A DNA stretch of 64,000 bases, taken from the IMG/VR virus record IMGVR_UViG_3300023371_000084, one strand, 5' to 3'. Below the pieces are notes generated by a model. The model was not told the origin of the DNA and searched no databases. It was given only the letters and a program-made list of their open reading frames with translations. Shown piece by piece: positions 16,273 to 25,591 of this stretch. Made by a program: the position numbers and the translations under genes. The stretch comes from an uncultured virus (IMG/VR IMGVR_UViG_3300023371_000084). Lineage: Duplodnaviria > Heunggongvirae > Uroviricota > Caudoviricetes. Positions within the stretch are counted from its first letter, which is position 1. Every line of letters begins with the position of its first letter.

Positions 16273-18186
16273 TTACTCCTCCTTGTCGGCAAATTCGTTA
16301 TTGATCGTATTGACCAAGAGATTACAGCCAAGCTTCTTATAATGCTCCATGATCACGTCATACTGCTTATGGTCAAAGGACATAAAGCGGGAAAGCTTGG
16401 TGACTACGCCATTCGGCCTCACCTTCACATCCCACATCAGTTCTTCCGGGATATCCGGGATATAGCCGTCATAGATGAGCACATCGCCATGGATATGCAT
16501 AGCGGACAGATTGTGCTTACGCTCCTGCTTGAAGGTAACGCGCACATTGTCTTCATGCTGCGCATAGCGGCATTCCACATACTCCTCAAACGTGCAACGA
16601 ATCGGGCGCACGCCGCCAAGCCATTCATCCATCTTGACGATGGTGATTTTCTGGCCGGGATGAATATCCGCCTTTGCCATCTGATAACGGATACCCTGCG
16701 TAAACTGCAAGATGCGATACATGGCCGTCTTGAATTCATCGCCAACTGAAGAGGGGATTGCGCGGACGACATGGACACTCATGGGGAACTTGTTATGCTC
16801 CATCCAAGCGATCATCGCTTGCTTATACTCCTCAAAACGCTCAACATTCCACTTGTTGCCCGCCTCTTCCCAATGATTAACAAGGATGATTTCGGCGCTT
16901 GCATCCTCAAGGCGGTCGGCCTGCTGCGCATACGCTTCATACTCTTCCTTGGTGATGGCCTGCTTGGTTTCGTGGCTATCCGCCATATAAGTCGCGCCAT
17001 CGACCAAGAAGACATAGCGGCAATACGTATAACCCTGCGCATCGACAACGCACATCATCTTGCCCTCACAGAAGATGGCGACGCAATTGCGGGAGAACCA
17101 ATGCACGGTATCCTGCACGTCCTTGGTCATCATCTCGTAATCAAGGAAAGAGCTGATACGCATATCCTCTGTGCGGCTACCACCCGTGCCAGAAATGAAG
17201 CTCCAATCATCCAGAAGCTGAGAGGCAAAGAGCTTATACAGGTCGGCGCACAGATGCACTTCGCGCGTCACCTGACAAGCGACACGGGAGCCGGGATTAT
17301 CGGCATGCTCGCTCTCATATTCGGCAATATCGTCATTCTTGCCATGTTTAAGCTCGATGACATTCTCAAGGAAGTACGGCGTATCCAGATTCTTGACCAC
17401 AGCGCCGGATTCAACAAGATCATGATTGGCGCGGCGGATCTCTTCGCGGCGCTCGCTCTCGCGGCGCTTCTCTTCCTCCTGCGCCATAAGCATTTCGTAT
17501 TCGCGCTTCGAGCGCTCGTCTTCGCTGATTTTATGCGCCAGCTTGGATGCCATAAAGCGCTCGGACATCTGCTTCATCTCCTCGGTGAATTCACCCTGCA
17601 CGTAGCGATAGCAGCCGCTGCAATGCCCACCGTAAAAATTGGTGGTGCCGGGATAATCGCTGTACGGATCACGGTCTTCCGTATAATTGAAGCTTGCGGT
17701 GTACTTATTGAAATACTCGCGGATGGCCTCAAACTCTTCGCTGCCCTTTTCAAACGGCGTTCTGAGGATATCCAGATTGATCGAAGCGTTATAGGCGCTT
17801 CCATCCGTGGTCACGGAGAACTTGCAGAACGGGAAACGGCTGCGCATATGCTTGCGGATGATCGCGGCAATCTCCTTGGCGGAGAGGCTCTTATCCACGT
17901 TGTTACCGATGGTATCGGTTCTGGTCATCTCAAAGAGATCATACGCATTATCTTGCGTATTTACTTTTTCTGCTTTGGTTTCAACGGAAACAGAATCCAG
18001 ATTAGCGACCAGCGACATACGCTCATCGTTCTTCTTGGCGTACCACATCTTCTGCTTCTGGCTCCAACGGAAACCGCCATCCTTGAGCATTTCCAGCACA
18101 GCCTTGTCCGGCTTCTCATCAAAGCGGATCTCAATACCGTTCTTTTCCTCGTTCATCGTGACCTTACACATATCGCTAACCTCCAT
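16273..18186 (-). CDS. LPD29-like polyvalent-protein-domain protein
   Basis: IAAIIRKHMRSRFP.CKFSV...FNY..DPYSDY..NFY; first gene after a repeated promoter. Confidence 0.65.
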   Translation of the reverse strand: MEVSDMCKVTMNEEKNGIEIRFDEKPDKAVLEMLKDGGFRWSQKQKMWYAKKNDERMSLVANLDSVSVETKAEKVNTQDNAYDLFEMTRTDTIGNNVDKSLSAKEIAAIIRKHMRSRFPFCKFSVTTDGSAYNASINLDILRTPFEKGSEEFEAIREYFNKYTASFNYTEDRDPYSDYPGTTNFYGGHCSGCYRYVQGEFTEEMKQMSERFMASKLAHKISEDERSKREYEMLMAQEEEKRRESERREEIRRANHDLVESGAVVKNLDTPYFLENVIELKHGKNDDIAEYESEHADNPGSRVACQVTREVHLCADLYKLFASQLLDDWSFISGTGGSRTEDMRISSFLDYEMMTKDVQDTVHWFSRNCVAIFCEGKMMCVVDAQGYTYCRYVFLVDGATYMADSHETKQAITKEEYEAYAQQADRLEDASAEIILVNHWEEAGNKWNVERFEEYKQAMIAWMEHNKFPMSVHVVRAIPSSVGDEFKTAMYRILQFTQGIRYQMAKADIHPGQKITIVKMDEWLGGVRPIRCTFEEYVECRYAQHEDNVRVTFKQERKHNLSAMHIHGDVLIYDGYIPDIPEELMWDVKVRPNGVVTKLSRFMSFDHKQYDVIMEHYKKLGCNLLVNTINNEFADKEE

Positions 18187-18294
18187 CTATTGCTAAGTTG
18201 TGTTGTTTCTTGACTAAGGTTAGTTTAACTCCAGACGATTCAAAAGTCAATACTTTTTCTGCATTTTCTTTAAAAGAATTTTTAAAGCCATGTG

Positions 18295-18504
18295 TCAATA
18301 CCACACATGGCAAACGCGCTCTTCATCGCCCACGCGATTTCCAAGCTCGTCAAACTCACCTTCAAAACAGGTGAGCACGCCATCCTCGCGCTTCATGGTT
18401 TTAAAATAATCCGCGCCAAAAGACATCGCCTCATCCTTGCCGTCAAAGGTCTTGACAAGATGTTCGTCGTTGCCCTTGGTGATCTCAATACCAAACTTTT
18501 TCAC
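18295..18504 (-). CDS. hypothetical protein
   Basis: GGAGG RBS. Confidence 0.55.
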   Translation of the reverse strand: MKKFGIEITKGNDEHLVKTFDGKDEAMSFGADYFKTMKREDGVLTCFEGEFDELGNRVGDEERVCHVWY

Positions 18505-18899
18505 TTTATTTCCTCCGTCATATGTTCAACAAGAATATCTAGGCGCTTTCTAAGCTGCTCATTATCCAGATACCAGCTTGGATCGCTGCTCAGAAGATCG
18601 GTAATATTTACGCCAAAGGTTTCCGCAATCACGCACAGCTTTAAAAGCGGGATTCTCACGTCTTGACGCGACAGATTCATCCAGCCAAGGACGGTGTATC
18701 GGCATGTATCGGTGATCTTGCAGAGCACTCTGGTTCTCTTGTTGCCGGGATTAAAGCGGCTAGTCGTGCGCTCAATATCATAATAACCGAAAATACGGTT
18801 GATATTGGACGCAACGACTTCCTTGGGCGTACTTTCATAAAGCGCATGCAATTCAAGACATTCTCTTGCTGTCATTGCCATATAGCTTTCTTCCTCCAA
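18501..18899 (-). CDS. XRE-like HTH protein
   Basis: TVLGW...IPLLKLCVIAETFGVNITDLL. Confidence 0.6.
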   Translation of the reverse strand: MEEESYMAMTARECLELHALYESTPKEVVASNINRIFGYYDIERTTSRFNPGNKRTRVLCKITDTCRYTVLGWMNLSRQDVRIPLLKLCVIAETFGVNITDLLSSDPSWYLDNEQLRKRLDILVEHMTEEIK

Positions 18900-18942
18900 C
18901 GTTTCCTATTACAAATTATTGTATCATAAGCGCTGCTGTATT

Positions 18943-20307
18943 TCAAGCAACGCCGCGACGATTTGCACGCGACATAATTTTCGCATTAACATCATTGATT
19001 ACATCGGAAATATCCGTGCCACGACTTTCACAAATTGTTGCAGCAACTTGCGCAATCTTAGGCAGTTCTTCCGGCTTTGCGGTAGATAGCCAACTCGCGT
19101 TTTTCGCTTTCTTTCGATTCTTCAACGCAATACCATGCTTATACCGGATTTGACGATGCAACTCATCATAAGCAAGCTGAAACTGACCAGCAAAATGCGA
19201 AGCCGCACATTTGCGCATAAGCGCATTGATGATTTCAATGTAATCCCACTCCTGAGCTTCAACCATCAGAATCTTACTTTTTGCAACTGCAAGACGCTCG
19301 CGCCATTCTGCCTGCTGGCGCAGCTTTCTTTCCTGCTTCAAGTCCTTCATCAGCCTGATCATCACATCCGGATTGAGCAGCGCTTCCTCCAGCTTCTCCG
19401 GGGTCATATACGCGCCGTGTTTGCGGATCGTCGGAATGACTTCATGGGTAATCCAGCGCTTAAAGGCTTTCGCCTCCGGCTTGCGGCTTCCGAGGACGAG
19501 CGCGTACAGACCGGGTTCGTTGATAATAGTCTTATTTGGGTTGCCGCGATTTCCGTCGGTTAAAGCGACGGTATTCTTTTCATCGTCGTCAAGCCTCTTA
19601 ATCACATCACGACTGTTATTAATCTTCAACGCCCTGCACACGTCCGCCGCGACAAACCACGGTTCACCATCTTTCATGACCGTTCGGATTTCGCCGAACT
19701 GATCGCTGACAAAGGAACGAATGGCATGGGAGATTTGCTTTTCGGATTCCATGCGGTTCATTTCGGAGACGGTCAGGACAGATTCAGAATCTTCTGCAAT
19801 GATTGGTTCGACAACAATAGCAGATTCGGATTTCTGCACAGCAATGGCTTCAGGTGCAATGGGCGTTTCGCTTTCAAGCTTATTGCCAGATTCACTACAT
19901 TCCATTTCCTTTTGCAGCAGTTTGCGATATTCAATAGCTACGGGCGCTTTTTTAAACATTTCAGCAAGATAAACCATTGCTTCTTTTGTCAGACCAATGC
20001 GCGTCAAATTTCCATAGAGAATTCGCGTATCATCTAGCGCATATTCCTTTACGCCATTACAAACCACTGTTGCACGGTATCCACTCTGAATCAGCATATC
20101 TTTGGTGATATGGATTAGGCAAGGAGATCCATCAACCCCCCCCCGGAACGCCTTTCCGGTACAGATTGCATTTGAACATCGCCCCTTGCTCATGCCGAAG
20201 TACATATCCGCCATATCCGTTGTCAGAACATCCAGTTTCGGTAAAGTACGAATTGGCTTAACCTGTTCGAGAAGTTCAATTTTTCTCTGCATTGAAACAT
20301 TGCTCAT
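18943..20307 (-). CDS. BRO-N domain antirepressor-like protein
   Basis: FGEIRTV..DGEPWFVAADVCRAL...INEPGLY.LVL.SRKPEAKAFKRWITHEVIPTIRKHG.Y. Confidence 0.85.
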   Translation of the reverse strand: MSNVSMQRKIELLEQVKPIRTLPKLDVLTTDMADMYFGMSKGRCSNAICTGKAFRGGVDGSPCLIHITKDMLIQSGYRATVVCNGVKEYALDDTRILYGNLTRIGLTKEAMVYLAEMFKKAPVAIEYRKLLQKEMECSESGNKLESETPIAPEAIAVQKSESAIVVEPIIAEDSESVLTVSEMNRMESEKQISHAIRSFVSDQFGEIRTVMKDGEPWFVAADVCRALKINNSRDVIKRLDDDEKNTVALTDGNRGNPNKTIINEPGLYALVLGSRKPEAKAFKRWITHEVIPTIRKHGAYMTPEKLEEALLNPDVMIRLMKDLKQERKLRQQAEWRERLAVAKSKILMVEAQEWDYIEIINALMRKCAASHFAGQFQLAYDELHRQIRYKHGIALKNRKKAKNASWLSTAKPEELPKIAQVAATICESRGTDISDVINDVNAKIMSRANRRGVA

Positions 20308-20338
20308 AGTTTACTTTCCTTTCTTTATGTACACATAT

Positions 20339-21562
20339 TTACATAGCGGACTGCATGAAGCTCTTGATGGCCGGAATATACTCTTCTGCAATTCGTACAG
20401 GGAGAACCAGACAAAGCATATCGCCATGCGTCAAAAGCAGCGGATGCACATTGATACTTGTCATCATATTATAGCTATTGGTGCCGGAAGCGATAACAAC
20501 GTCGTCATCGTCATACTCCTTGATCGCGGTGAGCGCGTCATATACATAGCGGACATTAAAGCTATGGAAGTATTTGTCGTTCATGCCATAATCCGGGCTA
20601 TAACCTTCAAGCTCATCCATGGTATGAATCTCAGAATGCATCATACCCGTGCGAAGCTGGCCGTTTACAATGTGCATATGCATCGATTTTGCGCCGACTT
20701 CATCGGTGCAAATGCAATTCGCTTTATATCCCTTGACGATCTCAGACAGCTCCTTGACGCTCAGACGATAGGAAAAATCAAACTGCGCAGGGATGATCTT
20801 TTCAACCTTGAGCGGATCGCCGGGAATATAGCAAATGCTGTATTCAAAATCGCCGCCGATGACCTTCATATACTTACCAAAGTCATGCACATGCAGCACG
20901 CCCTTGGCACTCTTGCCCTTGACGATCTTCTTCAGATGAGCATACATATCGCCATGCACGGCCTTATTAAAGCCGTTCATCTTGACAGAATCAACCTCAT
21001 CAACCGCCAGCTTAACCGCATGCAGGCGATAACCATCCAGCGCAACCAGCTTCATCAGACCGCCATTGAAATTGAAGCCGTTAAGCACTTCACGACCACC
21101 GCTTTCCTCAGCCTGACTTCTGGCGCAATCCGTAGCGCGAAGCATGGACATAAGCACATCAGCGCCTACGGCAAAGAGCTGCCCACCATCCTTGGCATCC
21201 TTCACATTACCGACGAACATGCATTCCAGATCCATATCTGCTGCACGGGTGACAACCTCGCTGCGCTTCTTGCCATTGCGCACGACAAACGCCTTTCCCG
21301 CCTCGATGGAGAGGAAACCGGGCATTGCGTATACCTTCTTCATGTCGTCGGCATTAACATACGCTTCACCCTGCTCGACAACATGCGCATCCAGCTTGAT
21401 TTTCAGCGCATAAAGGCCATTGGTGGCGAAAAGATACGCACCGGAATCATCAGCGATAAGCTTGATGCACTCCATAAGATAAATCACCGGACGACCTTTG
21501 ATGAGCGTCATTGCCCTATCTACAGCCTCCTTAAACTGCTTGCCATCAATGCTGATCTTCAT
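20339..21562 (-). CDS. divergent DNA polymerase III beta-clamp homologue
   Basis: LFATN, REVLNG, VALDGYRL, FNVRYVYDAL, C-terminal LVLPVR. Confidence 0.75.
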   Translation of the reverse strand: MKISIDGKQFKEAVDRAMTLIKGRPVIYLMECIKLIADDSGAYLFATNGLYALKIKLDAHVVEQGEAYVNADDMKKVYAMPGFLSIEAGKAFVVRNGKKRSEVVTRAADMDLECMFVGNVKDAKDGGQLFAVGADVLMSMLRATDCARSQAEESGGREVLNGFNFNGGLMKLVALDGYRLHAVKLAVDEVDSVKMNGFNKAVHGDMYAHLKKIVKGKSAKGVLHVHDFGKYMKVIGGDFEYSICYIPGDPLKVEKIIPAQFDFSYRLSVKELSEIVKGYKANCICTDEVGAKSMHMHIVNGQLRTGMMHSEIHTMDELEGYSPDYGMNDKYFHSFNVRYVYDALTAIKEYDDDDVVIASGTNSYNMMTSINVHPLLLTHGDMLCLVLPVRIAEEYIPAIKSFMQSAM

Positions 21563-21998
21563 GTGCTGCTTCCTCCTTCAATTTGTCCATAAACTGATCG
21601 CGCTCGGCTTCTGTATTGAACCATACGTCATAGAAATTCTTTTCTTCTGGCTTTGTACGGATCTCGATTTTGTTAGACGGCTTTTCAATGCCGTATGCGC
21701 TCATCTTGCGCATCTTAGGAAGTCCATCCCGGCCAACATCCAGAGGGCAAGGGGAAACGTACTGCCTGCCATGGCGTACATAGCGCACGCCGAAGTAATG
21801 CCTGCTGCCCTGCGGGACAAGCTCGGAAAGCATGGCTTCATAGCCGGAAAGCGGATTCTCAAACTCCACCTTACCCCACGCCTCGCCGTCGATCTCCGGG
21901 CAGTATGTCTTTTCCGGGAAGTTCTCGACGGAAAGCGGCTTTAAATGGTTGGGCAGAGAGCCGGGTGTGATCGGTCTTTCTGTGCTGAAATAAAACAT
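21546..21998 (-). CDS. DarA-C-like (defence-against-restriction) domain protein
   Basis: YFSTERP..PGSLP...AWGKVEF..PLS. Confidence 0.55.
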   Translation of the reverse strand: MFYFSTERPITPGSLPNHLKPLSVENFPEKTYCPEIDGEAWGKVEFENPLSGYEAMLSELVPQGSRHYFGVRYVRHGRQYVSPCPLDVGRDGLPKMRKMSAYGIEKPSNKIEIRTKPEEKNFYDVWFNTEAERDQFMDKLKEEAAHEDQH

Positions 21999-22101
21999 CT
22001 CTTTTATCTCCTGTTAATCTCGTTTTAGGTGTTGTTTCCTTTGACTAAGGTAATTGTAACTCCAGCTCCATGCTTTGTCAATACTTTTTCTGCTTTATTT
22101 T

Positions 22102-22425
22102 TCAAAGAATCATTAAACGCGATTGGCACTCAAAATAATACTCGTCCGTAATGACCATGGCTTTCGTGATGAACAGATACAGGCCAACCAGACCAGCAGC
22201 AAGGCCAAGCCCGCGCAGCATGGGCATATTCAGGCAATACCCGACAATGATGAGGATCGCGCCCACAACAAAGGCTACGCCGCCATAGAAGCGCTGCCTG
22301 CGGAAATACATATCCATCCTGCGGCGCTCCTTCAAGATATCCTGAATGTGATTCTTTGCAAAGGTCTTGCACAGGTTGTCCCAATCATCGCAATTCATAT
22401 AGATTTCAGACCTACGGCGTGCCAT
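22102..22425 (-). CDS. membrane protein
   Basis: Two hydrophobic segments; GGAGG RBS. Confidence 0.6.
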   Translation of the reverse strand: MARRRSEIYMNCDDWDNLCKTFAKNHIQDILKERRRMDMYFRRQRFYGGVAFVVGAILIIVGYCLNMPMLRGLGLAAGLVGLYLFITKAMVITDEYYFECQSRLMIL

Positions 22426-22440
22426 GTTGTTTCCCTCCCT

Positions 22441-24438
22441 TTAAGCCGTCAGAAGCGGCATCGCATTGGTTTCAATCATATAGTCATTCGGGCAATGCAT
22501 GATTTCCTCGTACTTCTCACGGCCTTGGAATTCATCGACGACGCGCCTGCTTTCCTCGTCCATCTCCTGATAGCTGACGGAACCATAGGACGGCGGAAGC
22601 CAAGAACGCTGCCTGCCCACGTAGATATTGAGCCTGTCTACGATCTTCTGATCATGGAACTTGATATGACAGGTTCCCTTCTTATAGAAGGTAACAGAGA
22701 AATACTTGCAGACGATGTTGCTGGATCTGCCGCACGTCGCAGCGCTTTGCAGACTGGAAAACAGATCGACGCTGCCCGTTTCGCCCTTGTCCAGATAGTT
22801 GAGTGCCTTTTCCAGATCATCCAGCACAGAGAAGCAGCCACGCGCATCAATATCCTCCAGCACATCGCGGTAATGACCGTGCTTGTCGGGCTTGAAGCTC
22901 TTTGCAAAGCAGCCCCACGTCGGAATGATACACTTCTGATTGACGCAATGCGCCTTGTTGGTCTTCCAGCCGTTATAGTAATGGATATTATCGTTTGCGA
23001 TATCCTTATGATAGGCATGCTCATTGGAGAGCTTGTCAAAGCACTTGACGATAGCCTCCTCCACGCCGCTGCAAAGCTGGGCGCGGATCTTCTCAAGCAC
23101 CTGCTGCACATTGAACATGGAGAATTCATAATCCCGCATGTCTTCAATGATAGAGCTGTAATCCTTGCGCATCTGCGAAGTCATGCGCTCTCGCAGTTCC
23201 GGCAAATCGAACAGCTCGCGCCAATAACGGCCACGCGCAATGCGCAGGAAACGATTGACATCCTCGCTACTGCCGCTGAAATCATGATCTCCAATCTTCA
23301 GCTTGATAATGGGCGCAGAATACTCCCCTTTGCCGTTATGGATATGCGGCTTTACGCCGTTATACTTTTTCATGAGGTCGATTCCGGCTTCACAGAGGAT
23401 ATCATACTCGCGGATCAGGCGCTCCACCTGATTGGCCGGAGCAACTTCCTGCATGCCAAAGTATTCAAAGCGCTCTTCCCTCGCCTTTTTCAGCCCTTCC
23501 CACAGGGTATCATCCTGTAAGGACTTCGGGATATTGATATTGATGAGGGCGACATCCACACGCGCACGACGCGCAGCATGGGCAAAGGCGTTTGACAAAT
23601 AGCGGATAGACGCACCACGGCGGCGCAGCTCCTTGATGAGCGCTTTGCGGCTATTGGTATACGGGTTACGAATGGTTTCCGCATTGAGGATACAGGCAAT
23701 CTGACCGCCATTTTCGCACAGTTCAAGCGCCTTGAGCAAATGTGCATCGCCGTCTGCAAAGGGCGGGTTCATGAGAATAAGGTCATAACGCTTGCGGGTA
23801 TAGTAACTGAGGAAATCGTCATGCACGACACGGAACCCCTTGCCGATGAGCATAGCCTGCAAATTGGGATCGATTTCGATACAGTCGATATCATCCAGAT
23901 CGTGATAGCTATACCCACGGAAGCCGTTCTCATTGCGCTTCATGGCGAATTCAAGAAGGTCGCCACGGCCTGCGCTGGGTTCCAAGATTGTGCGCACCTT
24001 GCGCCAATCCACGCCGGACAGGAGCTTGCCTGCCACATCGGACGGCGTAGGATAGAACTGCGTTTCGCCTGCGGGCAGATAGGCAGCGGGCGTGAAGGTG
24101 TTCTGTCTGTTCTTCTTCGCCTCTGCCTCCCGCTTTGCTTCAAGATATGCCTTGGCAGGATCAAGTAGCGCACGCTTGCACTCAATGAGTGTATCATAAT
24201 TGCCGATTTCAGACCTTCTCTGGAACTTGCTATGGCCGAACGTCCTTTCATCCACATAATTCACATAGACGGTATATGGCTTTTGCCAAGCGTATGGGCG
24301 GATCTCCCGCCACATGATCTCTCCGACATCCTCGCCGGAGAGACTGCACAAATAATGCTTGATCAAGCCGCCCTTATCGCCCGTGCGCGTGCAAATCAGC
24401 TCGGCCATAATGTACTTGTCATGATGTCTGTTTTCCAT
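22441..24438 (-). CDS. adenine DNA methyltransferase with DUF4942-like C-terminus
   Basis: QFYPTP, ILEPSAGRG, MNPPF; C-terminal TFYKKGTCHIKF; start MENRHH after AGGAG. Confidence 0.85.
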   Translation of the reverse strand: MENRHHDKYIMAELICTRTGDKGGLIKHYLCSLSGEDVGEIMWREIRPYAWQKPYTVYVNYVDERTFGHSKFQRRSEIGNYDTLIECKRALLDPAKAYLEAKREAEAKKNRQNTFTPAAYLPAGETQFYPTPSDVAGKLLSGVDWRKVRTILEPSAGRGDLLEFAMKRNENGFRGYSYHDLDDIDCIEIDPNLQAMLIGKGFRVVHDDFLSYYTRKRYDLILMNPPFADGDAHLLKALELCENGGQIACILNAETIRNPYTNSRKALIKELRRRGASIRYLSNAFAHAARRARVDVALININIPKSLQDDTLWEGLKKAREERFEYFGMQEVAPANQVERLIREYDILCEAGIDLMKKYNGVKPHIHNGKGEYSAPIIKLKIGDHDFSGSSEDVNRFLRIARGRYWRELFDLPELRERMTSQMRKDYSSIIEDMRDYEFSMFNVQQVLEKIRAQLCSGVEEAIVKCFDKLSNEHAYHKDIANDNIHYYNGWKTNKAHCVNQKCIIPTWGCFAKSFKPDKHGHYRDVLEDIDARGCFSVLDDLEKALNYLDKGETGSVDLFSSLQSAATCGRSSNIVCKYFSVTFYKKGTCHIKFHDQKIVDRLNIYVGRQRSWLPPSYGSVSYQEMDEESRRVVDEFQGREKYEEIMHCPNDYMIETNAMPLLTA

Positions 24439-24451
24439 GGTATTTCTCCTT

Positions 24452-25591
24452 TCAAGCTGCTTTGCAGCGGGTGATGATCGTCTGTTTGACACCGTCTCGC
24501 TCGTTGTGCCCCTTGACGGTGGCTTTGATTTTGTCTGTCTGCTCCATGAGCTTGGAACCATACCAGATATACACGCATCCGGCCTTGTCCGTGAACTTAT
24601 ACATGTAGGTGTGGCCGTAGTCACTGAGCCAAAAAGTCAGGAGCTTCATATCGGACAGTTCAATGGTGAGGCGCTGACCGATTTCGCCGACATGCTCGGA
24701 CGTGCTCGCCTCAGCCTCTGCCTTCAGCCTTGCCTCGTTATAGCGCATGTAGGCAAGCGGTGCATACGCCATAAAGCCAAGATGAGAGGTCTTGCAGTAA
24801 CCGCGCTTTAAAAGCGTCTGCACGCTGTCAAGAAGATGCTTTGCAGCGGTTTCCAGCGTCATCGCCTTGATCTCTTCGGCAATCTGATCGGCCTCGTTCA
24901 TTTCGCTGACCGTTGGCTCTTCGCCCTTGATGATCAAGTCTTCCAGCTTTTCCTTGTTGCTGCCCACCTTTGAAGCGGCCTTATAGCCATAGGCTTTCTG
25001 CACCCTGATCGCCAGAGCCAGCACGCGGACGGTCTCATACAGGCGGCTTGCCGGAGCTTTAGAAAAATCCCGGCTGTACACGTCGCTTCTGAGAAGGATA
25101 TCACAAAGCTGCTTGAGGCTCAGGATCGCGCTGGGGTCGATGCCCGTATAATCCTTCAGGCAAGTACGGCCAACCTGCTTATCGTTCCCCTGCTCATCGC
25201 GGACGATGAAGGTTGTGAGCTGGTTGTGATTGCCGCCGCAATGCTCGCAGCGGGCAACCATCGTGCGCCATGCCGGACTTTGCTCGTCTGTGAGCGCGTA
25301 CACCACATTGCCATCCGGCGAATGCTCGATCTTGGCGACGACAGTATAGCCGTTCTTTCGGATCACTTCGGCATCCAACTGAACGTCGAACACTTCCATC
25401 AGGCGATCATCAACCTTGCGCTTGCAGTGGTTGATCTCATCCGCCACGTAGACGCTGATGCGCTTTGCGTAGGGATCGCCAAGGGAAATGCTGACCTTCT
25501 GGCCGTAGGCATCTGCCTTGCGCTGATAGCGGGCAAACTCGCGGCTGATCGTCTCGCGCTCGCATTCCGGGATGATGTACGTGCTCTTCAT
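24452..25591 (-). CDS. phage protein with Zn motif and OB-like C-terminus
   Basis: CEHC...QVGRTC; C-terminal KATVKGH..RDGVKQT. Confidence 0.65.
   Translation of the reverse strand: MKSTYIIPECERETISREFARYQRKADAYGQKVSISLGDPYAKRISVYVADEINHCKRKVDDRLMEVFDVQLDAEVIRKNGYTVVAKIEHSPDGNVVYALTDEQSPAWRTMVARCEHCGGNHNQLTTFIVRDEQGNDKQVGRTCLKDYTGIDPSAILSLKQLCDILLRSDVYSRDFSKAPASRLYETVRVLALAIRVQKAYGYKAASKVGSNKEKLEDLIIKGEEPTVSEMNEADQIAEEIKAMTLETAAKHLLDSVQTLLKRGYCKTSHLGFMAYAPLAYMRYNEARLKAEAEASTSEHVGEIGQRLTIELSDMKLLTFWLSDYGHTYMYKFTDKAGCVYIWYGSKLMEQTDKIKATVKGHNERDGVKQTIITRCKAA

Noticed and set aside
16603..16618. 16-bp match to the TR 3' end (encoding GGVRP) in the LPD29-like gene as a second DGR target
   Set aside because: Similarity does not extend into the variable part and is not at the gene end
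16771..23520. Long plus-strand ORFs (480, 496, 465 aa)
   Set aside because: Antisense shadows of minus-strand genes with recognisable motifs
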